Origin: Oligoflexales bacterium
Lineage (GTDB): Bacteria > Bdellovibrionota_B > Oligoflexia > Oligoflexales > CAIYRB01
DNA: 53,659 nt
Assembly (NCBI GenBank): GCA_041736175.1
Contig: JBGSUI010000254.1
Span: forward strand, 1 to 53,659
Reading direction: 5' to 3'
Part shown: in pieces, positions 28,330 through 38,097 of the stretch
Position numbering within the stretch: the stretch's first letter is position 1
How the letters are laid out: each line of letters begins with the position of its first letter
Notes under the pieces: model-generated
Told to the model about the DNA's origin: nothing
The model's input: the letters and a program-made list of their open reading frames with translations, nothing else
Database searches by the model: none
Translations under genes and position numbers: made by a program

Positions 28330-28698
28330 CTATCCGACTAATTTAGTGACAATGGCAACCAGTTGGTCAGGTTTAAAGGGTTTCACAAGCCAGCCCTTGG
28401 CCCCGGCTTTTTTAGCACGATCGACAAGTTCACCAGAGCCCTCTGTGGTCAACATAACGATGGGTGGATGGGGAATGGTTGAGTCGGCAGCAATAGCTTC
28501 GACCATTTCTAAGCCATTCATATTGGGCATATTGACATCGCTTATAATCATCGAAACATCAGGGTTTGCTTTTAATTTTTCGATACCATCTTTGCCGTCC
28601 TCGGCCTCCACCACCTCGAGTCCACTTTTAGATAGGGTAAAGTTAACCTGCTGTCTAATGGTTCTCGAATCATCGACGATCAATACTTTTTTTGCCAT
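28330..28698 (-). CDS. cheY: CheY-like single-domain response regulator
   Basis: VLIVDDS, SDVNMPNMNG, MLTTE, GWLVKPF; start moved to ATG 28698 after AGGAGAGG. Confidence 0.9.
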   Translation of the reverse strand: MAKKVLIVDDSRTIRQQVNFTLSKSGLEVVEAEDGKDGIEKLKANPDVSMIISDVNMPNMNGLEMVEAIAADSTIPHPPIVMLTTEGSGELVDRAKKAGAKGWLVKPFKPDQLVAIVTKLVG

Positions 28699-28731
28699 GG
28701 TCCTCTCCTTTTTGAAAGATTTCTGTCTTAC

Positions 28732-28758
28732 CCATCGGCTTTTCGCTATAAGAGTAAA
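28732..28758 (-). promoter_or_regulatory. sigma28-like promoter of cheY operon
   Basis: Minus strand TTTA-N15-GCCGATGG, 33 nt upstream of cheY. Confidence 0.5.
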
Positions 28759-29129
28759 GCCTACAGAGTAGATGCTCCTTGAGCTGGGATCTATCACCTT
28801 AGAATGATTGAGATTTTTATTTATACAAAATTCGTATCTGCTTAAGGATCAAGATGGCCCCCGAGGACAAATCCAGCTCAAAAACTGGGAGCCCTCGAAA
28901 TTTTGCCCACTAAGAGTCATAACCCTCCTAATCAACTCATTTAAATCAATAAGCCTCGGAGTTTTTTTTATAGATCGCCCCACTAAAGATAAAAAGCCCA
29001 AAAAAAACAGGATTCAAAACCAACATTCAGATGTGACTTGTCTTTGGCTGGCTGGCCAGTTATGCTTGTGGGAGATCTAGCTTTTGCATCAAAAATGTAT
29101 TGATTTCTTGCTTTTCTAAGGAAAAAAAC

Positions 29130-30017
29130 ATGATCCAATCCGCTAAAAGCGCCTTTGTTTTGGGACTTATGACTCTTTTTGCTGCCAAGGCACAGGGAAC
29201 CATTTTGCCAGACAATGATTTATACCTTATGGACTGTATAGAGTGTGAAACGGGGATTGGCAAAGAAGAGTTTGATCGAATCATTGCAAATGCCGAAAAA
29301 GCCTTTGGCCCCATTGTAGAAAAATTCGGCAGCTCTCTGGAGATCGTCAACAAATGGAACGACAGTACCGTCAACGCTTCCGCAACCCAATCTTTTGGAA
29401 CATGGACCGTTAATATGTACGGAGGTTTGGCCCGCAGACCCGAAGTCACCGCCGATGGGTTTGTCCTCGTGCTCTGCCACGAGCTTGGCCATCATCTTGG
29501 GGGCTTCCCCTATGTTTCCAATTGGGGTGCCAACGAAGGCCAATCCGATTACTTTGCTTCGAATCACTGCGCCCCATACCTCTGGGCCGAAGAAACTGCC
29601 ATCAACGCCACTTTTAGAAACCTTATTCCGAAAGCGCCTAAAGACCTCTGTGATACCTCCTATCCGACAGTCGACCAACAAAATCTTTGTTACCGAACCA
29701 TGCTCGCTTCAAAATCTATCTCCGATCTCTTAGGAAGCTTGACCGGTAGAACCGTTGATTTTAACAAACCTAGTCCCACCCAGGTAAAAAAGACCGTAAA
29801 CTCCCATCCTGAGGCCCAATGCCGGCTGGATACCTATATGGCTGGATCTCTTTGCAGCCTCGAATACGACCGTGAAGTCATTCCTGGCCAAGACCTCGGG
29901 CGGGGCAATAATGGTCTTGAGGCTGAAAAACAAAGCGCAGTGACCAATTGTGCCGATCCTAACCTCTTTTCTTCGAAAATTTTAAGACCCCGCTGCTGGT
30001 TTAAACCTGGGGTTTAG
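29130..30017 (+). CDS. Secreted Cys-rich zinc metalloprotease (HExxH)
   Basis: Signal peptide, VNASA, LCHELGHHLGG, NEGQSDYFA, HPEAQCRLDT. Confidence 0.85.
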   Translation: MIQSAKSAFVLGLMTLFAAKAQGTILPDNDLYLMDCIECETGIGKEEFDRIIANAEKAFGPIVEKFGSSLEIVNKWNDSTVNASATQSFGTWTVNMYGGLARRPEVTADGFVLVLCHELGHHLGGFPYVSNWGANEGQSDYFASNHCAPYLWAEETAINATFRNLIPKAPKDLCDTSYPTVDQQNLCYRTMLASKSISDLLGSLTGRTVDFNKPSPTQVKKTVNSHPEAQCRLDTYMAGSLCSLEYDREVIPGQDLGRGNNGLEAEKQSAVTNCADPNLFSSKILRPRCWFKPGV

Positions 30018-30036
30018 ACATTCGGCTCCCGATATA

Positions 30037-30057
30037 AGCCGCGCCTGCGGCTCTTTT
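30037..30057 (+). terminator. Intrinsic terminator between convergent genes
   Basis: AGCCGC-GCCT-GCGGCT followed by CTTTT. Confidence 0.6.
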
Positions 30058-30058
30058 C

Positions 30059-30442
30059 CTAATAGGGACGGTAGCTTTTTTCTTCGACGATATTGGATCC
30101 AAAGATTTTATTAACCTGCTGCTTCACCTGAAACCTTTGGTCGTTGATACGGTAGACTGCCCGGGCCAATTCAATAAAATCGTGATCGAATTGTTTAAGT
30201 CGTTCCTTTTCCCGGATATCGTCTTCGATAACCCATAGTTTCTCATTGATCCGTTCAAGTTCTCGGACCACCTCGGCATCAAGATCGATGGCATACTGGG
30301 TGCAAACGCCCTTTAACAATTTAAGTTCGTGGAAGACATGGTTCCTTTTGGTCTCATCGTCGAAACGCCGGCTTTTAATCTCTAAAATTGTGATCTTATC
30401 GACGAGCTCACCGACTGATATTGGAACCTGTATTTCGAGCAT
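30059..30442 (-). CDS. DUF6165 family protein
   Basis: PISVGELVDKITILEIK, LWVIEDDIR, FIELARAVY, IVEEKSY. Confidence 0.85.
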   Translation of the reverse strand: MLEIQVPISVGELVDKITILEIKSRRFDDETKRNHVFHELKLLKGVCTQYAIDLDAEVVRELERINEKLWVIEDDIREKERLKQFDHDFIELARAVYRINDQRFQVKQQVNKIFGSNIVEEKSYRPY

Positions 30443-30523
30443 GGTCCTCTCCCAAAGGCAGTGTTATACTCTCCAAACTTCCCACGCATGTATAACCCAT
30501 ATTTGATTCTACTGGGAGATACT

Positions 30524-31498
30524 TTGGAGCTCACCGTACGATTGATACGACCTTCGAGCAGAGAGCTAGAAAATATTCTTTCGAGCCGCCTGTTATCCCT
30601 ACGCTCCAAAAACCTTACCATTCGTTTTGAAGATCTCCCTTCGGACCCTAGCTGGGCCTACACCTCCTCGACCATCCTCGATCGGGTTGCAGCCCTAAAT
30701 GAGGCTCTGTTAGAGAAAGACACTGATTTTGTGATGGCTGCTCGCGGCGGGTACGGGGCAAGCGATCTTTTACCGCATTTGCCTTGGGAGCTTCTCAAAA
30801 ATACGCCTCCAAAATTTCTGATCGGATTTTCTGATATATCGGCCCTCCACAGCGCCCTCTACAGCAAACTGGGGTGGCCCTCCATCCATGGCCCCATGCC
30901 TATCACCGGCCTTTGGAACAAAAACACCTCTCTCGATACGGACGAACTCCTAGGGCTTATGCGCTCTATCAAAGGAGTTTCCGCTGGATCAGGCAACCTA
31001 CCGGTGTCGCTGGTGGTAAGCCCCGAAAGCACACCTCGTCATCTATCGACTTTGAGTGGCCCACTCTTTGGCGGGTGTTTTTCGGTATTGACCAGCTTGA
31101 TTGGAACCCCTTATTTTCCCCGTTCTCTCAAAGACCATATCATTTTTATTGAAGATATTGACGAGCACCCTGGCCGCCTGATGCGCGCCCTCAATCAATG
31201 GCTCCTCGGCGACTGCCTGATCGGTGCCAAGGCTTTAGTCGTGGGGTATCTAAGGTCCATGGGAGAAAAAATCCCCGACAACGCCAGCTTTGTCCTCAAC
31301 CGCATCGCCACCCGCGTGGCCCCCCTGCCGGTGTACCATACCCCACTTGTGGGCCATACCAGCCCTAATTTTCCGGTGGTGATTGGTGCGACCGCCTCGA
31401 TTAAACCCCTGATGACGGGACTGCCAGCGGGACTTCCAGGGGGACTTCCATGGAACCTTTCATGGCAGTGGACGGCCGCGTCACCTCTGTTAGCATAG
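30524..31498 (+). CDS. ldcA: LD-carboxypeptidase (peptidase S66)
   Basis: ARGGYGA, IGFSDISAL, FIEDIDE, GH; start moved to TTG 30524 after GGGAGA. Confidence 0.88.
   Translation: MELTVRLIRPSSRELENILSSRLLSLRSKNLTIRFEDLPSDPSWAYTSSTILDRVAALNEALLEKDTDFVMAARGGYGASDLLPHLPWELLKNTPPKFLIGFSDISALHSALYSKLGWPSIHGPMPITGLWNKNTSLDTDELLGLMRSIKGVSAGSGNLPVSLVVSPESTPRHLSTLSGPLFGGCFSVLTSLIGTPYFPRSLKDHIIFIEDIDEHPGRLMRALNQWLLGDCLIGAKALVVGYLRSMGEKIPDNASFVLNRIATRVAPLPVYHTPLVGHTSPNFPVVIGATASIKPLMTGLPAGLPGGLPWNLSWQWTAASPLLA
31417..31452 (+). repeat. 12-bp tandem repeat x3 in ldcA tail
   Basis: GGGACTGCCAGC GGGACTTCCAGG GGGACTTCCATG; encodes GLPAGLPGGLPW. Confidence 0.75.
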
Positions 31499-31548
31499 AA
31501 CCCCAAGAGATCCGCTTAATACACTCTCACAGCCATGGAGATTTCTCG

Positions 31549-33036
31549 ATGACCGACCTCAAAAAGGGACCTGCCGAAAAGCCTCAAAAAACGATTTATT
31601 TTTTGGGGATTGGAGGCACCGGAATGGCCTCAGTAGCAGGCCTCTGCCAAGAAGCTGGCTACCGGGTCCTCGGGAGCGATGCGGGCGTCTACCCGCCGAC
31701 GTCTACGATGTTAGAAAAATTAAAGATTCCTTACAAAACTCCCTACGATCCCGAAAATCTGGCCTTTGAAAAACCAGACCTCGTAGTCGTGGCCAATGTG
31801 CTGTCCCGAGGTAACAGCGAACTGGAAAAAGCGCTGGCCGACCATCTTCCCTATACGAGTTTTCCCAAACTCCTCGGGGATCAATTTTTAAAGGATCGTG
31901 TAAGTTGCGTGGTTGCCGGTACCCATGGCAAGACGACGACCACGGCCCTCCTTGCCCATGTCCTGACCCAGATGGGCGAAGAGCCGGGATTTCTGATAGG
32001 TGGTTTGCCAAAAAACTTTGACCGTAGTTTTTTACTCGGCAAAGGCCAACCTTTTGTTATCGAAGGGGACGAGTACGACACTGCTTTTTTTGATAAAGGC
32101 CCCAAGTTTCTCCATTACCATCCCAAACATCTCATCCTTAACAATATCGAATTCGATCACGCTGATATCTACAAGGACCTTGCTGCGGTCGATCTCTCTT
32201 TCGAAAAACTGATTTCTATCGTGCCCCACCCCGATCGCATCATTGCCAATATCGATGATCCTGGCGTGTTGCGGGTCATAAAGCGTATGGGTCTCCTAGA
32301 TAAAGTCCGCCGCTGTTCTGGCTTTGGCAAACACCCCGACTGTAGTGTGGTCGTAAAGTCCCTTAAGGCCCAGGCCCAGACCGCCTCGGCAAGCGTCCCC
32401 CGCTGGGAAGCACTGGTTGAAACCCAGGCTTGGGGACCCCTAAAGGTTCAAAGCAATCTCACAGGACCTCACAATTTTGCTAATATCGCCCAGGTTCTTT
32501 CCTGTATCGCAAGCCTCGACCAGGCTGGGCACCTCAAAGGAAAGGTCGAGGTTTCCCGACTTTTGGAGGCTCTCAGTGACTTTGTTCCTCCTAAAAGACG
32601 TCTCGATCTTTTGGGCGAACTCCGAGGAACACTTATTTTTGAAGATTTTGCCCATCATCCTACAGCAGTCCGACTTGTCATCGAGACGCTGCGCCTCATG
32701 TATCCCCAAAAGCCCTTGACTGTTGCCTTCGAACCGCGAAGTGCCACCAATCGTCGCAATGTATTTCACAGTGAATATGTCCAAAGCCTTTCGCTGGCCG
32801 ACTCCGTGCTTGTGGGCGAGACCCTCGTAGACCAAAGGATCTCCGCCGACCAGCGCTTTAATCCTCAGGCGCTGGTGAAAGACATCGGGCCTAAAGCAGA
32901 ATCTTTCACGACCAATGGCGCACTCTTAGAGCGCCTGCTGGAAACCCTTAAGCCCGGAGGCGTGGTGGTCTTTATGTCCTCGGGCAGTTTTTCCGGCATC
33001 CAACACCAGCTCCTCAAGACGGCCGCGGCCTCTTAA
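31549..33036 (+). CDS. mpl: Murein peptide ligase
   Basis: GIGGTGM, VYPPTS, AGTHGKTTT, EGDEYDTAFFDKGPKF, EFDHADIY, DFAHHPTA. Confidence 0.92.
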   Translation: MTDLKKGPAEKPQKTIYFLGIGGTGMASVAGLCQEAGYRVLGSDAGVYPPTSTMLEKLKIPYKTPYDPENLAFEKPDLVVVANVLSRGNSELEKALADHLPYTSFPKLLGDQFLKDRVSCVVAGTHGKTTTTALLAHVLTQMGEEPGFLIGGLPKNFDRSFLLGKGQPFVIEGDEYDTAFFDKGPKFLHYHPKHLILNNIEFDHADIYKDLAAVDLSFEKLISIVPHPDRIIANIDDPGVLRVIKRMGLLDKVRRCSGFGKHPDCSVVVKSLKAQAQTASASVPRWEALVETQAWGPLKVQSNLTGPHNFANIAQVLSCIASLDQAGHLKGKVEVSRLLEALSDFVPPKRRLDLLGELRGTLIFEDFAHHPTAVRLVIETLRLMYPQKPLTVAFEPRSATNRRNVFHSEYVQSLSLADSVLVGETLVDQRISADQRFNPQALVKDIGPKAESFTTNGALLERLLETLKPGGVVVFMSSGSFSGIQHQLLKTAAAS

Positions 33037-33181
33037 AATTTTTTCTAAAAAATACAGATTCTTTAAAGTGATCTTGCTTTTTTAGAATCTTAAGTGCAGT
33101 TTACTTCTCGTAAAACAGGTTGCTTGGCCATGGCTTGCAGCCTATAGCTTTTTAGACTTTCAATTTGGTTAGGAGAATTCA

Positions 33182-33673
33182 ATGGTTACCCTTAAAAAAC
33201 TACGCTTGCTGTTGCTCGCTTTAGTCCTTGGCTTCACAGCTTGCACCGACGACGAACCGGAAAAAGTCGCTGAGCCTGTCCAACCTGCAGCTGCCCCAGA
33301 GCCAGCCCCCCCACCCCCACCACCAGCACCCGTCGAATTCAAAGCTGAGACCGTCTATTTCGGTTACGACGACTACACCCTGAGCAGCGAAGCCCAAAAC
33401 AAACTCCAAGGACTAGCACAACACCTTGGAACCAATAAAGCAGCCGTGGTTCAAGTGGAAGGCCACTGTGACGAGCGCGGATCCATCGAGTACAACCTTG
33501 CCCTTGGCGAGCGCCGTGCACAATCCGTGAAAAACTACCTCTCCCAACTTGGCGTTGAGGCTAACCGCCTTTCCACCATCAGCTACGGCGAAGAAAAACC
33601 CGCTGCTGATGGTCATGACGAAGCTGCATGGGCAAAAAACCGCAGGGCTGAGTTCAGCATTTCTAATCAGTAG
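33182..33673 (+). CDS. pal: Peptidoglycan-associated lipoprotein
   Basis: Lipobox FTAC, Pro linker, EGHCDERGSIEYNLALGERRA, SYGEEKP, NRR. Confidence 0.95.
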   Translation: MVTLKKLRLLLLALVLGFTACTDDEPEKVAEPVQPAAAPEPAPPPPPPAPVEFKAETVYFGYDDYTLSSEAQNKLQGLAQHLGTNKAAVVQVEGHCDERGSIEYNLALGERRAQSVKNYLSQLGVEANRLSTISYGEEKPAADGHDEAAWAKNRRAEFSISNQ

Positions 33674-33700
33674 GACTCACTTTTTCGCGTCTCCCTGATA

Positions 33701-33753
33701 AGACCCTAAGCATCGCCTCGCTTGCAAAAGGAGGTGGCCTTAGGGTTTTTCTT
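33701..33753 (+). terminator. Intrinsic terminator after pal
   Basis: ACCCTAAG...CTTAGGGT stem with inner GCCTC/GAGGT pairing, then T run. Confidence 0.65.
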
Positions 33754-33929
33754 TATTTAGATCACGTCAGCCAGAGGTCGTTAACAAAAAAATCTAATTT
33801 TTCTAGCCACTTTTAAGAAAAACCGCCTCTCTTAAACCCTTTGATTGCTAATTGCTCCACTAGAGTTTAGAATTTTAGTCTTATCGCTAAGTTGAATGAC
33901 TTAGAACACTAACATGAGAGGAGTTTTGG

Positions 33930-35498
33930 GTGGAGATCGCCATCGGAAGTTTGGTGGCATTAGTGGGAGTCTTAGTTGGCTTTACTATGCTCGGTGTTTT
34001 CTTACACAGAAAGCAGCTCAATGTCGCTCTACAAAAAGCTGAAGCAGCGGCTAAAGAGTTGCGGGAAGAGGCGCGAAAAGAGGCCGATAATATTGTCAAA
34101 CAAGCCCTTAAAGAGGCCAAGGACGAAGCGAGGAGTCGGAAGCAGCAGTTTGAAGAAGAAGCTAAGGCGCGACGTAGTGATCTCTCTAAGTTAGAAAATA
34201 AGATCAAGCAGAGAGAACAAACCCTCGAAAAGAGGCTCCAGCAGGTCGACTCCAAAGAGTTGGATCTTAAGAATCTAGAACAAAAGCTAGGCAGGGAAGA
34301 TCAACGGTATCAAAAGCTCAATTTAGAATGCATCGAAACCCTCGACCGCGCTAAAAAGACTCTACAAAATATAGTCAAAATGTCCGCAGAAGAGGCCAAA
34401 CAAGAGCTGATCAAATCCCTGGAAGCAGAGGCTCGGGTCGAGGCCAAAGAACGTCTCAAGGTGATCCAAGAAGAAGCTCGCAAAGAGGCCGAAGAGAAAG
34501 CTCGCGGCGTGGTCAGCCTCGCGGTACAAAGAATTGCCGGGGAGTATGTGAGCGATGCCACGATTTCGGTGGTAGCCCTCCCTAGCGATGATATGAAGGG
34601 TCGGATCATCGGTCGCGAGGGCCGCAACATCCGCGCCATCGAGCAAGCTACGGGGGTCGACCTTATCATCGACGATACCCCAGAAGCAGTGATCATCAGC
34701 TGCTTTAACCCAATCCGTCGAGAGATTGCTAAAATCTCCTTAAGCCGACTGATCAGTGACGGCAGAATCCATCCTGCGCGGATCGAGGAGACAGCCAAAC
34801 GGGTGACTGCAGAGTTTGAAACTTTGATCCGAGAGGCTGGCGAACAAGCTGCCTTTGACGTGGGGATCACAGACCTCCATCCAGAACTTATCAAGCATCT
34901 GGGGCGTCTTAAGTTTCGAACCGTGGGCATCCAAACAGTGCTCCAACACTCGGTCGAAACCGCTCATATCTGTGGGATCATGGCTGCCGAAATGGGGCTT
35001 AATGTCAAACGAGCCAAAAGATGCGGACTCCTCCACGACATCGGCAAGGCCGTCGATCAGGAAACCGAGGGCCATCATGCGACGCTAGGAGAAGAGCTTT
35101 GCAAGAAATATGATGAGAACCCGCAAGTTCTTGAGTCCATCAGACTTCACCATGTGGATAATCTCACCCAAGCCAGCTCCTATGCCGTGTTGGTCTATAC
35201 TGCCAATATCTTGTCCGCCAAAAGGCCCGGTGCACGGCGGGAAGTTATGGAAACCTATCTGACCCGGTTATCCGACATGGAAAAACTCGTCAAAGAGTTT
35301 TCAGGAATCGAAGACGCCTATATAATCCAAGCAGGAAACGAAGTACGGGCTATGGTTACCCCCACAGGGGTGTCCGACCAGGAAGTGGTACAGCTTGCGG
35401 GTGACATCGCCAGCAAGTTACGCCAAGAGATGACAATCCCAGGACAGGTCAAAGTGACGGTTGTTCGTGAGAGTCGCTATACGGACTTTGCACGTTGA
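33930..35498 (+). CDS. rny: Ribonuclease Y
   Basis: TM anchor, coiled coil, KH (KGRIIGREGRNIR), HD (LLHDIGK). Confidence 0.97.
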   Translation: MEIAIGSLVALVGVLVGFTMLGVFLHRKQLNVALQKAEAAAKELREEARKEADNIVKQALKEAKDEARSRKQQFEEEAKARRSDLSKLENKIKQREQTLEKRLQQVDSKELDLKNLEQKLGREDQRYQKLNLECIETLDRAKKTLQNIVKMSAEEAKQELIKSLEAEARVEAKERLKVIQEEARKEAEEKARGVVSLAVQRIAGEYVSDATISVVALPSDDMKGRIIGREGRNIRAIEQATGVDLIIDDTPEAVIISCFNPIRREIAKISLSRLISDGRIHPARIEETAKRVTAEFETLIREAGEQAAFDVGITDLHPELIKHLGRLKFRTVGIQTVLQHSVETAHICGIMAAEMGLNVKRAKRCGLLHDIGKAVDQETEGHHATLGEELCKKYDENPQVLESIRLHHVDNLTQASSYAVLVYTANILSAKRPGARREVMETYLTRLSDMEKLVKEFSGIEDAYIIQAGNEVRAMVTPTGVSDQEVVQLAGDIASKLRQEMTIPGQVKVTVVRESRYTDFAR

Positions 35499-36301
35499 CC
35501 AGGGTCCTAGCCATAGGTGATGTGATGGGCAAAGCTGGGCGAAACTGCCTCGACCAGCTTTTAAAGCCTATACGTGCGGAATACCAGCCCGATATCGTCC
35601 TTATCAATGGCGAAAATGCTGCGGGCGGATTTGGCATCACCCATAAAATTTATGAGCAATTCGTCCAAACCATGGCTATCGACTGCATCACGATGGGCAA
35701 CCATTGGAGTGACAAACGGGAGATCATCGGGCTTTTTGATCGCCTTGATAAGATGGTTTTGCCAGGAAATATGGCCAATGTGTCCGATGAGCGTCACGGC
35801 CTTAAGATCCTCCAAGGTCCAAACGGGGTTTCTTTTGCGGTGATTAACCTTATCGGTCTCGCCTTTATGAAAGGGGAGAATCGTCCTATTTTTCCCACTC
35901 TTGAACGGCTCTTAAGCCACATTCCTGCATCTGTAAAAATCCGCATCATCGATATGCATGCGGAAGCAACCAGCGAAAAGCAGGCTCTTGCATGGCATGT
36001 GGCGGGAAGAGCCTCACTGGTCTATGGCACCCATTCCCATGTCCCGACAGCGGATGAGCGTATCCTTAAAGGCCATACCGGTTTTGTAACAGACCTTGGG
36101 ATGACGGGAAGCTATGACTCCGTGATCGGTATTCGGATGGATTCGGCGATTCAAAGGTTTATAACTGGGCAAAAACATAAGTTTGAACCTGCCACGGAAA
36201 ATCCTTGGTTGATGGCAATCCTAGCTGATATAGATGACGATACGGGACAATGTCGCACGATCAAGAGAATTCGACTATCCCTTGATGCCACACCGAGGTA
36301 G
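35495..36301 (+). CDS. YmdB/TIGR00282 metallophosphoesterase
   Basis: GDVMG, NGENAAGG, TMGNH, DMHAEATSEK, GTHSHV, TDLGMTG; follows rny. Confidence 0.95.
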   Translation: MTRVLAIGDVMGKAGRNCLDQLLKPIRAEYQPDIVLINGENAAGGFGITHKIYEQFVQTMAIDCITMGNHWSDKREIIGLFDRLDKMVLPGNMANVSDERHGLKILQGPNGVSFAVINLIGLAFMKGENRPIFPTLERLLSHIPASVKIRIIDMHAEATSEKQALAWHVAGRASLVYGTHSHVPTADERILKGHTGFVTDLGMTGSYDSVIGIRMDSAIQRFITGQKHKFEPATENPWLMAILADIDDDTGQCRTIKRIRLSLDATPR

Positions 36302-36341
36302 GTTTTTACAAATGCTGACTGGCTCAACCAAAGGACTCTTC

Positions 36342-38057
36342 ATGCGTACGCAAAAACTGGTACCGCTTTTCCTCTTCTCAACGCTGATCATGAGCCCCGT
36401 GGCTTATGGTTTTTTTGTGGATGGCGAAGGCCACTACAGCCTTAAAGGGGAAACCCGCACTGCCCCCGCTTTTTCGAGAAAATCCGGGATCTACCAAGCG
36501 ATCGAACAAAGTTTCCGCCTTAACGGCGAAGCCCGTTTTAGTGACCAGTCCAGCTTAAACATCGAGTTCAGGCTGTTTGATAACCCACGGGAAGCCTATT
36601 TGGGAGACCGAGCAGAGCCCCAAGACTGCCCGCAAAACAGCACAGGTAAGTCCACCACAGCGTCCCCTGACCCTGGACACCCATGTAGCGGTGTTCACCA
36701 AAACACCGGGGAACCCGGCTACCGATCATACGAACCTAAGATCACTAAAGCCTTTGTCCGCTATGGATTTGACTATTGTCTCTTAGAGGCAGGTCGACGA
36801 AGCCGCAACTGGGGCCTTGGGATTTTTATGGATTCGGGAGATGACCCCTTCGAGACCAGCTCCTCGGTCTATGATGGGTTTACCTGTAATATCAATATCC
36901 AAAAATCACAGACCTTAGGCTTTAGTATCGGTTACGATAAGCTTGCCGAAACCGGGGTCGCCTTGGATCCTCAAGATGCCCTAGATGGTCGTCGGTTTGG
37001 TGCCAACGACAGCAACGACGATATCGACCAATATTTTTTCACCATTGAGTTTGACGACCGAAAAGCTAATGCGGGAGCACCGCTGACCAAGCAGGTTGGG
37101 GTCTACTTTTCACAGATCACGTCTAAATCAGTAGATTCTGGTGGATCGAGCACGGACCTTAAATTTCTCGATCTCTATACGGGTTTTTTCCTGGGCGATA
37201 TTGCCTTTCGTAACGAAGTCTTGTTTCGAATGGGTAAGAGCGCAGACCCCAGCTGGTATGCGATGGGTGGTGCCACACTACCTACTGAGGATTTAACCCC
37301 ACCAGTCAACAAACTAGATTCTATCGGCCTTGCCGGCTCCTTAGACTGGACCCTTTCGCGGTCAGGGGGTCATATCGGCCCCATCGAATACAATAAAGGT
37401 GATGCCTCCCGACATTTGGTTTTTTTCAACTACGCCTACGCCCCTGGGGACAAACATGGCTACTTTAGAGACGATCTCCCTGGAATGACTCCTGACAACA
37501 TCGATGACCCGATCCAAGCTAAAGACCGGGACCGACGGGCCACGGCCATGGCCTTCCACCGAAACTACAAGCCTGCCCTCCTACTATTTAACCAGCGTCC
37601 AGAAGCTGATAAATTAATCGTAGATGGGGTCTTTAATCCATCGCGGGTCGAAAATACCACGATGGTCAACTTGGGCTACCGCTATGAAAGCCTTGCCGCT
37701 GGAAACTTCGAAGCCAAACTGATCACAGCCCGTCTTAACTCAGGGATCAATCAATCCGTAGTCTCTTACTACGACAAACGCAAAGAGTGTAAGGAGTCAA
37801 AATCATCGAGAACGGACTGCGATAAGTATTCCAATCCCAATCCCGATGACCCCGAAGATAGCACCAGGCCGGCCGGATTCTTCGGTGGATCTTTAGGTTA
37901 CGAATTAGACCTAACCTACACCTATAAGGTCGGTCGAGCGGCGGAGTTAGGGGCCGCCGCCGCCTTTGCGATTCCTGGTGATGCCTGGAAGGTCGATATC
38001 AATTCCAAACCTTCCAATGATCTGTTAGTGCAGACTTTTGCAACCTTTAATTTTTAG
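36342..38057 (+). CDS. Putative outer-membrane beta-barrel protein
   Basis: Signal peptide, amphipathic strands, LGYELDL, terminal QTFATFNF. Confidence 0.65.
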   Translation: MRTQKLVPLFLFSTLIMSPVAYGFFVDGEGHYSLKGETRTAPAFSRKSGIYQAIEQSFRLNGEARFSDQSSLNIEFRLFDNPREAYLGDRAEPQDCPQNSTGKSTTASPDPGHPCSGVHQNTGEPGYRSYEPKITKAFVRYGFDYCLLEAGRRSRNWGLGIFMDSGDDPFETSSSVYDGFTCNINIQKSQTLGFSIGYDKLAETGVALDPQDALDGRRFGANDSNDDIDQYFFTIEFDDRKANAGAPLTKQVGVYFSQITSKSVDSGGSSTDLKFLDLYTGFFLGDIAFRNEVLFRMGKSADPSWYAMGGATLPTEDLTPPVNKLDSIGLAGSLDWTLSRSGGHIGPIEYNKGDASRHLVFFNYAYAPGDKHGYFRDDLPGMTPDNIDDPIQAKDRDRRATAMAFHRNYKPALLLFNQRPEADKLIVDGVFNPSRVENTTMVNLGYRYESLAAGNFEAKLITARLNSGINQSVVSYYDKRKECKESKSSRTDCDKYSNPNPDDPEDSTRPAGFFGGSLGYELDLTYTYKVGRAAELGAAAAFAIPGDAWKVDINSKPSNDLLVQTFATFNF

Positions 38058-38097
38058 TTTAAGATAGATCAGAAGATGCATACGGGGTTAAAGTTCT

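Noticed and set aside
28860..28900. c-di-GMP riboswitch-like hairpin between cheY and the protease
   Set aside because: Lacks GNRA loop, GCAAA junctions and second stem
33290..33330. C-rich run in pal as a phase-variation tract
   Set aside because: Encodes the ordinary poly-Pro linker and is interrupted
33674..33929. 6S RNA upstream of rny
   Set aside because: Only a terminator-type hairpin and AT-rich promoter DNA; no long rod with central bubble seen
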